A stretch of 64,000 bases of DNA, from the NCBI GenBank assembly GCA_965208105.1, contig OZ242318.1, positions 832,001 to 896,000 on the forward strand, written 5' to 3'. Positions 37,148 to 46,111 of the stretch are shown here, one piece after another (the first letter of the stretch is position 1; each line of letters opens with the position of its first letter). The position numbers and the translations under genes are program-made. The DNA is from Candidatus Latescibacterota bacterium (GTDB taxonomy: Bacteria > Latescibacterota > UBA2968 > UBA8231). The notes beneath the pieces were generated by a model that had not been told where the DNA came from, did not search any database, and worked only from the letters and a program-made list of their open reading frames with translations.

Positions 37148-37538
37148 ATGGCAAATCAGCTTTCGAGACGGATTTTGGGGCGCACCGGCCTGGAGATCAC
37201 CCAGTTGGGATACGGTACCGCCCTGCCGGAGCTGAGCGCGAAGGACCACGGCGACAGGTTCGCCGGCGAGCTCCTCAACGCGGTGCAGGACGAGGGCATC
37301 AACTTCATGGACACGGCCCCTGACTACGGGCTCAGCGAGGGCGGACCGTCACGCATTCATCCTGCGCTTCACCCTCTCCCACCCCGCCTGTCACCCTACC
37401 ATCGTGGGAACAGGCAAGCTCGACCATCTGGCCGCGAACCCGTGTTCGGCTCAGGAGGGGGCGCTGCCAGCCAGGTTGTACGCCAACGCAAGGGAAGCGT
37501 TGTCCAGGTGTGGTGAGGTTCCCGAACAGCCGTCTTGA
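37148..37538 (+). pseudogene. aldo/keto reductase with large internal deletion
   Basis: N-terminus ILGRTGLEITQLGYG...MDTAPDYGLSE joined out of frame near 37340 to C-terminus FILRFTLSHP..TIVGT..DHLAAN...PEQPS*. Confidence 0.8.
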
Positions 37539-37762
37539 GAATGGCCGACGGGCCTCGCCGGCCGGGGCTGCCGGCACCAGCGGCGGGTCAGCGTTTCCAG
37601 CTTCAGGGCGGCAGGACTTCCCCACCCTCAGCGGAAACCGCCCTGGTCCACCACAGGTCCCACCGATGTCCCGCCATCTGGGGTGCCAAACCCTGCCAGG
37701 AGGACGCCGCAACCCTGAAATCCCGCATCTCTTCCATCCTACCTCAATAAGGAGTGTTCCAG

Positions 37763-38737
37763 ATGACAGTAGATTCACCGGCAAACCTGCTGACAAATCC
37801 CTTTGGCCTGCGCGACGAGGACGGCTACGAATGGCTCAAGGGAAATCTGCATTCGCACACCACCAATTCCGACGGCAAACCCTCTCCCCAGGAGCGCCTC
37901 GACGGCTACCTCGACCAGGGCTACGACTACCTCTGCCTGTCGGACCACTACAACATCACCAGGGTAGACAGCGTCCGCTGTCCCGCCGACTTCACCCTGG
38001 TTCAGGGAGTGGAGCTGCATCCCGACAACCCCTTCGGCGGCCAGCGCCACCACTTCGTCTGCCTCAACGTTGAGGACGATATGGATTCGGCCAATATGCC
38101 TCCCCAGTACGTGATCGACGCGGTCAACGAGCAGGGCGGCGCCGTGTTTCTCGCCCATCCCCACTGGAGCTCGGTCAGCGTCGGACGCGACGTTCTTCCG
38201 CTCCGGGGCTTTGCCGGCATCGAGGTCTTCAACACCACCTGCCGCTGCGCCGGGCGCGGGGATTCGTCAGTGCACTGGGACGACTGGATGGAGCAGGAGG
38301 ACAAACTCTATCCGGCCCTGGCCAACGACGATTCCCACGCGCTTGATTCCGAGGAGCGCGACACCTACCAGGGTTGGACCTGGGCGCGGGTAAAGGAACG
38401 CAGCCCCGGCGCCGTCCTCGATGCCCTGGTGCGGGGCGCCTCCTACTGCAGCAATGGACCCGAGATCCGCGACATCCGCCTGCGCCGGGTGGACGAGGAG
38501 GGCGACGAGAAACAAGCTGTCGAGGCCACCGTGCAGTGCTCGGAAGCCCTGCGCATCCTGGCGGTGGCCGATCGCGTCGGCGTCCAGTACTGGGAGAAGG
38601 GGGAAACCTTCGAGGAGGCCACCTTCACCCTGCGCCCGGGCTCGCGTTGGACCCGCTTTGAAATCTTCTCACCCGACGGCAGCAAGGCCTGGTCCAACCC
38701 CTTCGATCTCACCCGCCTGAGCCGGAGCTCGGACTAA
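37763..38737 (+). CDS. CehA/McbA family PHP metallohydrolase
   Basis: WLKGNLHSHTTNSDG, LSDH, AHPHW, IEVFN, NDDSH, AWSNP. Confidence 0.85.
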   Translation: MTVDSPANLLTNPFGLRDEDGYEWLKGNLHSHTTNSDGKPSPQERLDGYLDQGYDYLCLSDHYNITRVDSVRCPADFTLVQGVELHPDNPFGGQRHHFVCLNVEDDMDSANMPPQYVIDAVNEQGGAVFLAHPHWSSVSVGRDVLPLRGFAGIEVFNTTCRCAGRGDSSVHWDDWMEQEDKLYPALANDDSHALDSEERDTYQGWTWARVKERSPGAVLDALVRGASYCSNGPEIRDIRLRRVDEEGDEKQAVEATVQCSEALRILAVADRVGVQYWEKGETFEEATFTLRPGSRWTRFEIFSPDGSKAWSNPFDLTRLSRSSD

Positions 38738-38933
38738 GGAAGCAGATCCCGGCGCAAAGGGGAGGGGCACCCGAACCTCCGGGTCTCTCCATCGGCTCCC
38801 CCGACCGCGGCAACGGCTGCATCCGCTGTGTCGAGGGCCGCCGCCTCAGGGCCAACACCGTCGCCTTCGACGTGTCTGGGAACGGGCGCGGGGAGCCGAC
38901 CCAACGGGTTTTACGCGAAAGTTCAGCGGGAAC

Positions 38934-39956
38934 ATGAAGGCTGCTTACTATCACGGCAACCGGACCATCGGGATCGAATCCTGCGTGCCGCGCCGGCCGG
39001 CGGCGGACGAGGTGCGCATCGAGGTGGCCTACGGCGGGGTGTGCGGCTCGGACCTGTCCATCTTCCAGGGACACCGGGACATGCGCATGCGACTGCCCAT
39101 GATCATCGGCCACGAGATGTCCGGAACGATTGCCGAGGTCGGAGTCCAGGAGCAGAAGTGGCGGGAGGGCGACCGCGTGGTGGTCCGTCCCCTGGACCCC
39201 TGCGGCAACTGTCCGTCCTGTGCCTCGGGCGACTTCCATGTATGCTACCACCTCAACTTCCTGGGGGTCGAATCGGCCGGCGCTTTCCAGTCCTCCTGGA
39301 CCGTTCCGGCCCACACCCTGCACCGCCTGCCCGCCTCCCTGCCCCTGGACCTGGCCGCCCTGGTGGAGCCCACCGCGGTGGCCTATCACGCGGTGGAAGC
39401 CAGCTCCCTGGAGCCCGGTCAGTGGGCGGTGGTCATCGGCGGCGGCCCCATCGGACTGCTCAACGCCCTGGTGGCGCGGCGCCGGGGCGCTCGGGTCCTC
39501 CTCGCGGAAATCAACCCCAGCAGGCTGGAGTTCGCCCGCAGTATGGGACTGGAAACGGTGGACCCCCTGGAGGAAGACCTCGAGGCCGTCGTGCTGGAGC
39601 GCACCGGCGGGTCGGGGGCCGACGTGGTCTTCGAGGTGTCGGGGACCGCCGCCGGGGCGGCGGCGATGACCGGACTGGCGCGGGCCAGGGGCCTGATCGT
39701 GGTGGTGGCCGTCTTCAACGAATCGCCGAGGATCGATCTCTTTCGCTCCTTCATGCGGGAGCTGAGGTTCTGCGCCGTGCGCGCCTACGAGCCGAAGGAT
39801 TTCGAGCGCTCCATCGCCCTGATCGCCGGCGGAGAGCTACCCCTCGAGCGCATGATTTCGAAGAGGCGCTCCCTGGATGAGCTTCCGGAGGTATTTGCGC
39901 AGATGGAGTCCAGTCCGCAGATTATCAAGGTTCTTCTGGACCTCAAGGGAGCATAG
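38934..39956 (+). CDS. Zn-dependent alcohol/sugar-acid dehydrogenase
   Basis: GVCGSD, GHE, CGNCPSC, GGGPIG. Confidence 0.9.
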   Translation: MKAAYYHGNRTIGIESCVPRRPAADEVRIEVAYGGVCGSDLSIFQGHRDMRMRLPMIIGHEMSGTIAEVGVQEQKWREGDRVVVRPLDPCGNCPSCASGDFHVCYHLNFLGVESAGAFQSSWTVPAHTLHRLPASLPLDLAALVEPTAVAYHAVEASSLEPGQWAVVIGGGPIGLLNALVARRRGARVLLAEINPSRLEFARSMGLETVDPLEEDLEAVVLERTGGSGADVVFEVSGTAAGAAAMTGLARARGLIVVVAVFNESPRIDLFRSFMRELRFCAVRAYEPKDFERSIALIAGGELPLERMISKRRSLDELPEVFAQMESSPQIIKVLLDLKGA

Positions 39957-39961
39957 CTGCT

Positions 39962-40732
39962 GTGGGTATCACGGAGAAGTTCCGGCTCGACGGCAAGACC
40001 GCCCTGGTCACCGGGTGCCGCAGAGGCATTGGCAAAGGGTTCGCTCTGGCCCTGGCCGAGGCCGGTGCCGACATCGTCGGGGTGAGCGTGGCGCAGGAGC
40101 GGGAGGGCAGCGCCGTTCAAAGGGGAGTTGAGGCGTGCGGGAAGCGGTTCAGGGGCTATGCCTGCGACTTCGCCGAGCGCCGGGCACTTTACGGCTTCAT
40201 CGAGCAGGTCAAGGAGAACAGTCCTCGCATCGATATCCTGGTCAACAACGCCGGGATCATCCGGCGCAGCGCCGCCCTGGACCATGCCGACGAGGACTGG
40301 GACGCCGTTGTCGAGGTCAATCTCAACGCCCAGTTCATCCTGGCCCGGGAGTTCGGCCGCGACATGGTGGATCGAGGCGAGGGCAAGATAGTCTTCACCG
40401 CCTCGGTGCTGAGCTTCCAGGGCGGAATAACCGTGCCCGGGTACGCCGCGGCAAAGGGCGGCATCGCCCAGTTGACCATGGCGCTGGCCAACGAGTGGGC
40501 GGCGAGGGGAGTCAACGTCAACGCCATCGCACCCGGCTATATCACCACGGACAACACCGCACCGCTGCAGCAGGACCGCGAACGCTACGAGCAGATCCTC
40601 GGGCGGATTCCGGCGGGGCGCTGGGGAGGCCCGGAGGACCTCGGCGGCGCGGTGGTCTTCCTCTGTTCGCCGGCGGCAGACTACGTCCACGGGACCATCC
40701 TCTCCGTCGACGGCGGCTGGATGGGGCGCTGA
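39962..40732 (+). CDS. kduD: SDR oxidoreductase, 2-dehydro-3-deoxy-D-gluconate 5-dehydrogenase-like
   Basis: TGCRRGIG, NNAGIIRR, ASVLSFQGGITVPGYAAAK, NAIAPGY, VDGGWMGR. Confidence 0.8.
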   Translation: MGITEKFRLDGKTALVTGCRRGIGKGFALALAEAGADIVGVSVAQEREGSAVQRGVEACGKRFRGYACDFAERRALYGFIEQVKENSPRIDILVNNAGIIRRSAALDHADEDWDAVVEVNLNAQFILAREFGRDMVDRGEGKIVFTASVLSFQGGITVPGYAAAKGGIAQLTMALANEWAARGVNVNAIAPGYITTDNTAPLQQDRERYEQILGRIPAGRWGGPEDLGGAVVFLCSPAADYVHGTILSVDGGWMGR

Positions 40733-40757
40733 ACCAGATTTTGCGGAGGGATTTCTT

Positions 40758-41765
40758 ATGAAACAACTGAGCGCGGCACAGATCGAGGAATTCAACGAGC
40801 AGGGATTTCTCGTGGTCAAGGACGTTCTCGACCCGGAGGAGGACATTGCGCCGGTCATCGCCGAGTACGGGGAGGTGCTGGAGCGTCTGGCGCAGAAACT
40901 CTACGAGCGCGGCGACATCTCTTCGACCTTCGACCATCTGCCGTTCGGCGAGCGCCTCACCCGCATCTACGTGGAGAGCGGCAAGGTCCATGCCCAGTAC
41001 TTCGATTTCTCCCTTCCCCAGAAGGGGATAAAAGCGGACACCCCGTTCTGGACCGGGCCTGCCGTCTTCAACGCCCTGCGCAACGAGAGATTGCTCGACC
41101 TGGCGGAGTCCCTGGTCGGTCCGGAAATCTACTCGGTGCCGGTGCAGCACGTGCGCATCAAGCCTCCCGAGCATCTCCTGCTCTCATCCGAGGACACCAG
41201 GGTCTCTCCCGATGACCTCCAGGCCGCGATCGAGGGAGGCAACCTGGTGATCTCGACTCCCTGGCACCAGGACCTGGGAGTGGTGCTGCCGGATGCAGAC
41301 CAGACCGACATGCTGACCGTGTGGTTTCCGCTCACCGAGGCCACCGTCGAGAACGGCTGCCTTCTGCTGGTTCCGGGCAGCCACCACGGCGGGCTCCTGC
41401 GCCACTGCCCGAGCAGCTCGGGCATCCACATTCCCCAGCAGCTCTTCCGCGAGGAAGACGCCGTACCCGTGCCCATGGAACCCGGGGACGTGCTGCTCAT
41501 GACCCGCTGGACCTGCCACTCCTCCCTGCCCAACCGCAGCGGCGGTATCCGCTGGAGCTTCGATCTGCGCTATTGCCCCACCGGACAGTCCAGCGGGCGC
41601 GGGATTTTCCCCGGCTTCGTCGCCCGCAGCCGCGCCCATCCGGAAACCGAGCTGCGCGACCCGGGGACATGGGACCGCATGTGGCACGAGGCCCGCGACC
41701 TGCTGGCCATTCAGGAGGACCCCGCCTTCAACCGCTGGAGCGCAGGCCACCCGGTCTGCGCCTGA
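40758..41765 (+). CDS. phytanoyl-CoA dioxygenase family protein
   Basis: TPWHQD, ENGCLLLVPGSH, HSSLPNRS..IRWSFDLRY. Confidence 0.9.
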   Translation: MKQLSAAQIEEFNEQGFLVVKDVLDPEEDIAPVIAEYGEVLERLAQKLYERGDISSTFDHLPFGERLTRIYVESGKVHAQYFDFSLPQKGIKADTPFWTGPAVFNALRNERLLDLAESLVGPEIYSVPVQHVRIKPPEHLLLSSEDTRVSPDDLQAAIEGGNLVISTPWHQDLGVVLPDADQTDMLTVWFPLTEATVENGCLLLVPGSHHGGLLRHCPSSSGIHIPQQLFREEDAVPVPMEPGDVLLMTRWTCHSSLPNRSGGIRWSFDLRYCPTGQSSGRGIFPGFVARSRAHPETELRDPGTWDRMWHEARDLLAIQEDPAFNRWSAGHPVCA

Positions 41766-41867
41766 GTCCCTCAGCCCGCCGCGCACCCCTTCGGAGGGCC
41801 CCGCATCCCGCGATACAACGGGGCCGCAAGGTGGCCCCAGGTCCATTTTTTCATTCAGGAGAGCAGC

Positions 41868-42863
41868 ATGATTCGCATGGCCCAGTTCGGGACCAAACAC
41901 GGGCACGCCGCCGGCAAACTCGCGGCGATGCAGAAGAACCCCGATGTGGAGGTCGCGGGCGTCTTCGAACCCGACGGTAAAAGACGCGCGGAGCTGGAAG
42001 AAGGGAACAGTCCGTTCGGCTCTGCTGCTTGGTTCGACGCTCCGGGCGACATTCTAAGCGATCCCTCCATCGCCGCCGTCGCCTCCGAAGGATCCAACGA
42101 GGAAAGCCTGGACCAGACCGAGGAACTGGTGCGGGCGGGCAAACACGTCTGGTACGACAAGCCCGCCGGGGAAAATTGGGAGCAGTGGCAGCGGGTCGTC
42201 GCCATGGCCGGGGAGCGCAACCTGATCCTGCAGATGGGATACATGCTGCGTTACCACCACGGATTCGAACGCATCGCGGAATGGGTAACGTCGGAAATGC
42301 TGGGGTCCGTATTCTCCGTTCGCGCCCACATGTCCACCCACATCTCCTCAGAGGTACGCCGCGCCCTCAGCCGCCACGGGGGAGGCATCTGCTACGACCT
42401 CTGCGGCCACATGCTCGACCAGATCGTCTGGCTTTTGGGCCGGCCCGCAAAGGTGACCTCGTTCCTGCGCAACGACAGCGACCTCGAGCCGGCGATCCCC
42501 GACAATACTCTGATCGTCCTCGAATACGACAACAGTCTGGCCTTCGTCGACATCGCCGCCATGGAATCACGCCCCATGGCGCGGCGCTTCGAAGTCTACG
42601 GCACCGGCGGCAGCGCCATCATCCCGGAGCCCTTCGAGCCCGGGTCCCAGGTCCGCCTCTGCCTGGAGGAAGCCCGTGGAGGCTACGAGGAGGGGGAGCA
42701 GTTCATCCCCTTGAGAGGAGAATCGCGGCAGCAGCTCTACGAGCTGGAGCTGGAGTCCTTCCTTGCCTCCATCCGGGGACAGAATCCGCCGCTACGGCCC
42801 GCGGAACACGAGCTGCTGGTCCAGGAAACCCTGCTGCGGGCCACCGGAGTAGTGGCCGCCTGA
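41868..42863 (+). CDS. Gfo/Idh/MocA family oxidoreductase
   Basis: GTKHGHA, KHVWYDKP, QMGYMLRY, DLCGHMLD. Confidence 0.88.
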   Translation: MIRMAQFGTKHGHAAGKLAAMQKNPDVEVAGVFEPDGKRRAELEEGNSPFGSAAWFDAPGDILSDPSIAAVASEGSNEESLDQTEELVRAGKHVWYDKPAGENWEQWQRVVAMAGERNLILQMGYMLRYHHGFERIAEWVTSEMLGSVFSVRAHMSTHISSEVRRALSRHGGGICYDLCGHMLDQIVWLLGRPAKVTSFLRNDSDLEPAIPDNTLIVLEYDNSLAFVDIAAMESRPMARRFEVYGTGGSAIIPEPFEPGSQVRLCLEEARGGYEEGEQFIPLRGESRQQLYELELESFLASIRGQNPPLRPAEHELLVQETLLRATGVVAA

Positions 42864-42922
42864 CTGCATTTAGCGGGCATCCAGAGGGAAACTGACCGCA
42901 GATAGTCAACAAGGAGAAGGGC

Positions 42923-43654
42923 ATGGATCGATTCGCAGGCAGCACGGTCGTCGTGACCGGGGCCGGTACCGGCATGGGCCGCGCAATTGCCAGGGCTTTC
43001 GTGAAAGAGGGGGCCTGCGCCGCCTTCATCGGCCGCCGCCTGGAGAAACTCCAGGAGGCGACCGCCGCTCTGCCCGAGGAGCGGTTCATGCGCGCCGGCT
43101 GCGACGTCTCCGACCGCGCCGCGGTGAACTCCACGGCAAGGCAGGTGGAGGAGCGCTTCGGCAGGGTCCACATCCTGGTGAACAACGCCGGGGTCAACAC
43201 CAATCCCCGCTCCGTTGCCGAGGTCGATCCGGAGGACTGGGACAGCACCGTGGCGATCAACCTGACCGGTGCCTTCAATATGACCCGCGCCCTCCTGCCC
43301 GGAATGCGGGAGGAGAAGGACGGCGTGATCGTCAACCTTTCCTCGACGGCCGGCCTGCGCGCCTCAGAGCTGGCCGGCGCCGCCTATTCGGCGGCCAAGC
43401 ACGGGATGGTGGCGCTGACCCACAGTATCAACGAGGAGGAGAGGGACTACGGCATCCGCTCCTGTGCAATCTGCCCCGGCGAGGTGGCCACCCCCATCCT
43501 CGAGCTGCGCCCGGAGCCGGTGGAGCCCGAGCGCCTGGAGCGCATGCTGCAGCCGGATGACATCGCCGCTACCGTGCTTTTCGTCGCCGGCCTGCCGCCG
43601 CGGGCCTGCGTGCCCGAGTTGGTGATCAAGCCGGTGTACCAGATCTTCCAGTAG
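42923..43654 (+). CDS. SDR family oxidoreductase
   Basis: TGAGTGMG, NNAG, YSAAK. Confidence 0.9.
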   Translation: MDRFAGSTVVVTGAGTGMGRAIARAFVKEGACAAFIGRRLEKLQEATAALPEERFMRAGCDVSDRAAVNSTARQVEERFGRVHILVNNAGVNTNPRSVAEVDPEDWDSTVAINLTGAFNMTRALLPGMREEKDGVIVNLSSTAGLRASELAGAAYSAAKHGMVALTHSINEEERDYGIRSCAICPGEVATPILELRPEPVEPERLERMLQPDDIAATVLFVAGLPPRACVPELVIKPVYQIFQ

Positions 43655-43722
43655 GGTGTTGTGGATTTAGCCCGTAGCACAAAGATGGGTTTATCTGGAG
43701 GTTTGGTACCGCGGTAAGTCCG

Positions 43723-43890
43723 CTGGTGTCCCGCCGCAGAAATATGCCGCCATTATTCCGCCGATCCATCCCGGCTCAGGGAGTTGCCTTCACTCGCCGT
43801 ACACCACTGGTACGACTCGCTCAGGCGCCTTGTGAGCCGGGCGCCTCGGCAGCCCAATTGCGTCAACCTATCTCTGCGGCGGGACACTAG
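43723..43890 (-). mobile_element. 168-bp MITE-like palindromic element (CTGG...CTAG), copy 1
   Basis: 22-bp terminal inverted repeats with 2 mismatches (43723..43744 and 43869..43890); terminal CTAG contains the TAG stop of 43887..45014. Confidence 0.75.
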
Positions 43891-45014
43891 AAGGAGCATT
43901 GCAGCTGTATGGAGTAGGTATTGTCGGCGTAGCTCTGGGTGGGATCGCTCGAGTCGTTGGTCGCAAACGCGTATTCCAGCCGTGCCGCGAAATTGTCGCG
44001 GAGGTCCTGCTTAATGCCGAAGCTCAACAGGGTGTGGTTGTCGCGCCGTTTGGCGCCGGTCCCCGGCACGATCCAATCCTGGTACAGCTTGAAATGATGG
44101 CGCGCAGCAAGGCTCGCGCTGGAACGCGGCGCGAGTCGCCAGATGAAAAAAGACCCCAGGCGGTGGCTGGCGAAGTTGAAATCGACATCGTCCTCATCGC
44201 CGTCGTGATGGCCGAATTCACCCTTTTGCTCAGGCTCGCGAGAGAGGGGTTCGTGGCGCGGGAGTTCGCGGGAGGCCAGATCGATTTCGAACTGATATTT
44301 CAAATTCAGCAACACCCGCTCCAAGGCCATGCACTCAAACCCGAAGCTGGCTGTCTGGCGGATTCCGTCCACGTTCTCGTTGAGCTCGGATATGATGATT
44401 CTCGGGTCGATAACGCCCTGGTACGCCCGCACCTGATAGCCGGCGGAAACATGTGCAATCGAGCTTAGCCGCCGTCTGAGCCCCCCTTTGACCATGACAC
44501 TGCTATACGTGCTGCCTTCGTTGTTGGGAAAGTACTTGTTCCGCAGCTCGGCCCCGAACCGGGACGACCACGACGGATTCCACCGGACCTGGAGTTGACC
44601 ACTGATATCTTGCTTGAAGTATTCGTTGATGAGGTCGTTGGGTTGGCGCCGCAGGCCGAGGTTGGCGACGGTCAGGAGCGTGGCATCGCGGGAAAGCCTG
44701 CGGTGCCAAAGACCTGACAGCAGGTGATCGTAGCGATTCTTCTCCGTTACGTCGGCAAAGCGACGCGGGGCCATCTCATAGCGCACGGCGATGCGCGTAC
44801 GAGGATCGAGCGCGGCCCTGACATTGACCCCTGTCCATATATACGCGGCAAAATCCCGTTGTTCGCCCAAATCCTTCGGCACCTGCAAGACATTGTCTTC
44901 GTACTGGTAGCGGAGGTCAAGAAATGGCTCGATCCGCAACGATGAATCGGCGAAAACCAGGCACGGAGGGCTCAGCCCGAGCAACCATGCTACAACTGCA
45001 ATTCTCAATGACAC
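43887..45014 (-). CDS. outer-membrane beta-barrel protein with His/Asp-rich loop
   Basis: Signal peptide, RYQYEDNV, alternating beta strands, GHHDGDEDD loop, terminal YSIQLQCSF. Confidence 0.75.
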   Translation of the reverse strand: MSLRIAVVAWLLGLSPPCLVFADSSLRIEPFLDLRYQYEDNVLQVPKDLGEQRDFAAYIWTGVNVRAALDPRTRIAVRYEMAPRRFADVTEKNRYDHLLSGLWHRRLSRDATLLTVANLGLRRQPNDLINEYFKQDISGQLQVRWNPSWSSRFGAELRNKYFPNNEGSTYSSVMVKGGLRRRLSSIAHVSAGYQVRAYQGVIDPRIIISELNENVDGIRQTASFGFECMALERVLLNLKYQFEIDLASRELPRHEPLSREPEQKGEFGHHDGDEDDVDFNFASHRLGSFFIWRLAPRSSASLAARHHFKLYQDWIVPGTGAKRRDNHTLLSFGIKQDLRDNFAARLEYAFATNDSSDPTQSYADNTYSIQLQCSF

Positions 45015-45026
45015 GTGGGGATACCG

Positions 45027-45920
45027 TTACTTTCCCTGGAGCATATTCTCGAGTTCTTGGGCAAGATGTACCGCTTTCTCTCCGTGGACTTTTTCTTTGG
45101 CATACCAGTCCTCCCGTTTGATGCGCCAAATTTCCAGAGCCGATTCCGCATCCGCAATCTCGCCTTCCAACTCGGCGATATCGAGGTTGCGATCAAGGTC
45201 AAACTCGTCTTCTTCCCCGCGGCGCATGTCGCGGAGCAACTCCAGCATGTTGCGCCGCAGATCGAGTGCTTTACCGGTTTCGCGGATCTGCCGGTCAAGC
45301 TCTCCGATTTTGCTCCTTATAATATCCTGTTGGTCCTGGAGCACGGCCAATTTCTGCTGGATCTCATCGGGGCCATCTGTTTGCGCCAGGGCGACATCCA
45401 ACGCCATCAGCAACTCGCTGGACCCTCTGGCCATTTGCTCCCGGTAGTTTTCTGCTTCCTCCTGAAATTTCAGCATTGCGGCAAGAATTCGGGTCTTGGC
45501 GTTGGCGTCTTCGGCGACGCGGGCTTCCCCTGAAAGCCGCTCGATTTCGGCGTTCAGCATGCCCACGAGCATCCGTTGCCTGGAGACCGATTCCTCCGTG
45601 AGCGCATAGATCCGGTCGTCGAGCTCCTGGATCCGGTCCGACAACTCCCGGGACGCCTGCAGGTCGTTCTGTAGCTGTCGCTCAAGCAGCCGGTCGCCGC
45701 CCTGTTGCAGGTCCTGTTTGGCCGTGCGGATCCTGTCGGTCAACCTCTTGTTTTCGCGCAGCAGCCTGGCGCTCTCCGCCGAGATGGCTGCGGCCCGTTC
45801 GCCGAGTCGTTCAATCTGTATCCTCAAGTTTTGCAGGGTTGGCTCTTTTGTGAACGCCGCCGGCACCGCCCCGGTTGAGATGGAGAAAAGCAGCAGGAGA
45901 CACGGCCAGCTGAAAAGCAT
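45027..45920 (-). CDS. exported coiled-coil protein
   Basis: Hydrophobic N-terminus (MLFSWPCLLLLFSISTG) followed by long heptad-rich E/L/Q/R helices. Confidence 0.65.
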   Translation of the reverse strand: MLFSWPCLLLLFSISTGAVPAAFTKEPTLQNLRIQIERLGERAAAISAESARLLRENKRLTDRIRTAKQDLQQGGDRLLERQLQNDLQASRELSDRIQELDDRIYALTEESVSRQRMLVGMLNAEIERLSGEARVAEDANAKTRILAAMLKFQEEAENYREQMARGSSELLMALDVALAQTDGPDEIQQKLAVLQDQQDIIRSKIGELDRQIRETGKALDLRRNMLELLRDMRRGEEDEFDLDRNLDIAELEGEIADAESALEIWRIKREDWYAKEKVHGEKAVHLAQELENMLQGK

Positions 45921-45943
45921 GGTTCTGAACGACCGCCGAGAGA

Positions 45944-46111
45944 CTAGTGTCCCTTTGATAAAGTTGCTCTGCAGGCGAGGCCGAGTCACGGCGGTCGAAG
46001 GCAAGGCGTGCGACCGAGGCGAATCGAGGGAATCCGGAGAGGGGGCGCAACGCCGTATTCGAACGCCAGGGCCGGCGGCAGCCCGGATGGACTGTTTCAA
46101 CGGGCTGCTAG
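45944..46111 (+). mobile_element. 168-bp MITE-like palindromic element (CTAG...CTAG), copy 2
   Basis: CTAG at both ends, imperfect terminal inverted repeats, same length and loop motifs as copy 1; terminal CTAG contains the TAG stop of 46108..47445. Confidence 0.7.

Noticed and set aside
38780-38936. DRGNGCIRCVEG segment resembling a PhyH fragment
   Set aside because: Too short to support by eye.
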